DNA from: Macrostomum lignano
Taxonomy: Eukaryota
Direction of reading: 5' to 3'
Assembly (NCBI GenBank): GCA_002269645.1
Contig: NIVC01001598.1
Coordinates: 62,001-126,000 of the forward strand
DNA length: 64,000 nucleotides
The position numbers were made by a program, and so were the translations under genes. The notes beneath the pieces were generated by a model. It ran no database searches and was not told the DNA's origin. It worked only from the letters and a program-made list of their open reading frames with translations. Shown here piece by piece: positions 60,683 through 64,000 of this stretch (position 1 is the first letter of the stretch; each line of letters starts with the position of its first letter).

Positions 60683-60840
60683 ATATACGTATCAAAGCTC
60701 GGCTGGCTTTTTGTGTAAATATATATACGCCTTTTGAAAACTTATTTGGGAGAGGGGTTGGTGGATGACGTAATTGTCTCGGAGTGTCGACGAGGGCTGA
60801 ATTCTAGAGAATGAAGTATGGAAGGAGTGGATATAACAGT

Positions 60841-61420
60841 GTGGATAGCGGCGATTTACAGCGGCTGACTCATCATGCCTCCGCGCGCGGGGGGCGCCAA
60901 TTTTGTAGGGGTCACAGACAATTCTGTGCGTACATCAATTTTGGGTGTATATATGGACAAGTAATAATATGGACAGTTATGGGGTGGGCGGACGCTACAA
61001 TTCTGCGCGTACACCAATTTTGGGATGGACAGTAAATATGGACAAGTAATAATATGGACAGTTATGGGGTGAGTGGGCGCTCTAATTCTGCCAATTTTTG
61101 GTATATGGACAGTTAATATGGACAGTTAATTCTGCGTACACCAATGCTGCATTGTGTGGGGATGGGGGCGCGCGCGTTTCTATACGTACAACAACGGTGA
61201 AGCGCTAATTATGCGTACTATATTGTACTAGTCGTCGCTTCTGTACGATACAGTGTACACTGATTACATGTATAGATTTTACATGAGAGTATAAATGTCT
61301 CACATAATGACTCTGGACCAATTAGAATCGGTCTAATGTATTTAGATAGGCGTTGAATTTGCATTGGCTCTGACACCCACCTCACCTCCAAAATCGACAC
61401 TTATCTGCACGATACGTAGT
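60841..61420 (-). repeat. Right terminal inverted repeat
   Basis: Reverse complement of the left TIR. Confidence 0.92.
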
Positions 61421-61729
61421 GACACTGTCACTCTTACACAATTACACACACGCTGTCAGTGACACTTTAGTAAGTCACAAACCCTAGATTCACAGATACA
61501 AACACAATCTTCACTAATCTTTATAGCTTTCAGATAAATAGATTCACAGGTCCTTAATTTACAGATTTTTATGACCAATTTACCATGTTCAAGCTGGTCA
61601 ACAGCACCATAAGCCGTTTGGCTGCCTTCAGAGATACATTACCGATAGCATAAAATTGTACTTACTGAGTGACGTCATTGCATGCGACCCAATTTCGACA
61701 TGCGCTTGTGCTTCATAGCACCAGAGAGA

Positions 61730-62005
61730 CCCATTAAGGTGTGGCATATCACCAGAGGACTCATTATGGTGTGTCATATCACTACAGGACTCATTAAGGT
61801 GTCATATCACCCGAGGACTCATTAAGGTGTGTCATATCACTAGAGGACTCATTAAGGTGTCATATCACCCGAGGACTCATTAAGGTGTGTCATGTCACCA
61901 GAGGACTCATTGAAGTGTGTCATATCACTAGAGGGCTCAATAAGGTGTGTCATATCACCCGAGGACTCATTAAGGTGTGTCATATCACCAGAGGACTCAT
62001 TAAGA
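61730..62005. repeat. ~30-bp minisatellite (GTGTCATATCACCAGAGGACTCATTAAGGT)
   Basis: Tandem units. Confidence 0.9.
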
Positions 62006-62696
62006 TGGTGTTAAGAACGTCAGCTTCATTAATGAACAAACAAATTTACAGGCAACTATCATTACACCTTACGCTCGCATGTAAGCGGTGAAAGCTCAAG
62101 TAAGCATTCAATCAGTAGCTCAGCTGACAGCTGAACAAATTTGCATTATATTTGCGGTGGGCCGTGAACACTGATATAATACTGAGCTAAGTAGCCGTGA
62201 GCGCGAACTCTCAAGCACAATTTCGCGAACTCGTTTAAGCAGGTTGCCGCGGCAAAAAAAGCAGAATGAATCTTTTTCAAAAAGCAACAAAATGGCAACT
62301 GATGCGAGAGGCCAAGCATCCCAGACCAGGGCGGTAGATTGTCGGGTGTGGCACAGACGTTCTTGGGCTGATAACATTCTGATTGGGGCTGGTAACATTC
62401 TTATCCGGCAACATGCGATCTGGATCTTAGAAATAGATTTACAGGGACAAAATAGACACAATTTTGATAGATTTGTAATTTATGCAAAAATGCGAAATTA
62501 ATATTGCAACAGCGAGTGCAAAGGTGAACAATGCAAGGTGATGTGGCGATCAATAAATTGCAATTGCAAAACTAAAAAAGTCTGCATTCCAAGCTTCGTT
62601 GTGACAATTTTGCTTTAAAATTTGTAATAGAGAATATACAAAGGCTTGCAGTGCTTAGCGAGAAGGCACAAAATTAAAAGAAAAAACCACCTGTCA

Positions 62697-63105
<409 letters not shown>

Positions 63106-63429
63106 CTGCTTGTCTGCATGTCAATACGGTCGTATTCAAAATACGAGCTACAATTAAAATCGCATTAAAAAGGCCAGCAAAATTTACCTAATTAACTAAT
63201 TCGCTGTTACAGAGAAGCGAGAAACTCTTGCAGTGCTACTGGCAGTAGCGCAACACGGTGAAGCAAATTATAAAGTAAATAATAAAAAGCAATAATTGCC
63301 TCGTTACCGCCGAGCGGACTAATTAAGTCAGACTGCGCATCTCTTATTTCTGTTGGTTTTAAATATTCTTTACGTTTCCCAACTGACTTGCGTTATTAAA
63401 GAGCGCTTCAAAATTGACGCTGTTCACAG

Positions 63430-63980
63430 ACCATTGATTCACAGATAATCGATTCACAGATCCTCGATTCACAGATTCTAAATTCAAAGATTCTCAATTC
63501 ACAGATTTTAAGTTCACAGATCATCGATTCACAGATTCCAGATTCACAGACCCCAGATCCCAAATTCACAGATCCCAGATTCACAGATCCTAGATTCACA
63601 GATCCCAAATTCACAGATCCCAAATTCACAGATCCCAGATTCACAGATCCTAGATTCACAGATCCCAAATTCACAGATCCCAGATTCACAGATCCTAGAT
63701 TCACAGATCCTAGATTCACAGATTCCAGATTCACAGACCCAGATCCCAAATTCACAGATCCCAGATTCACAGATCCTAGATTCACAGATTCCAGATTCAC
63801 AGACCCCAGATCCCAGATTCACAGATCCCAGATTTACAGATATTAGATTTACAGATATTAGATTCACAGATCCCAGATTCACAGATCCCAGATTCACAGA
63901 TCTTAGATTCACAGATCCCAAATTCACAGATCCGAGATTCACAGATCCCAGATTCACAGATCCCAGATTCACAGATTCTA
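63430..63980. repeat. 15-bp minisatellite (AGATTCACAGATCCC)
   Basis: Tandem units. Confidence 0.95.
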
Positions 63981-64000
63981 TATTTGCTGATCTTTGCTCA

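Larger units (their letters stand above)
51270..61420 (+). mobile_element. Polinton/Maverick (adintovirus-like) endogenous viral element, 10,151 bp, with no DNA polymerase gene
   Basis: Long TIRs, 6-bp TSD GACACT (51264-51269, 61421-61426), and integrase, capsid, protease and ATPase genes all on +. Confidence 0.92.

Overview
Repeat-rich eukaryotic (invertebrate-like animal) genomic DNA with spliced genes; the species cannot be determined from the sequence. Host genes: an alpha2-adrenergic/octopamine-like GPCR (8919-11159), a cyclic-nucleotide phosphodiesterase (15524-17472), three five-exon GH3-domain (GHDC-like) paralogues (12486-15060 +, 41017-43960 -, 44705-48708 - with one nonsense codon) and an orphan two-exon gene. 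Between them lie more than a dozen minisatellites, Helitron-like ends including a 3474-bp head-to-tail array, a LINE fragment, and a mariner relic whose HPPYSPDL-region codons expanded into a 33-bp minisatellite. The main feature is a 10,151-bp Polinton/adintovirus-like endogenous virus (51270-61420) with ~550-bp TIRs and a 6-bp TSD (GACACT). It encodes an integrase, minor and major capsid proteins, a protease and a packaging ATPase, but no recognisable DNA polymerase or helicase. Its left arm instead carries a candidate divergent TBP-fold protein and a candidate OB-fold SSB, and a TATAAATA motif recurs upstream of most of its genes. All family assignments come from motif recognition by eye, and splice models are inferred from GT/AG sites and phase.
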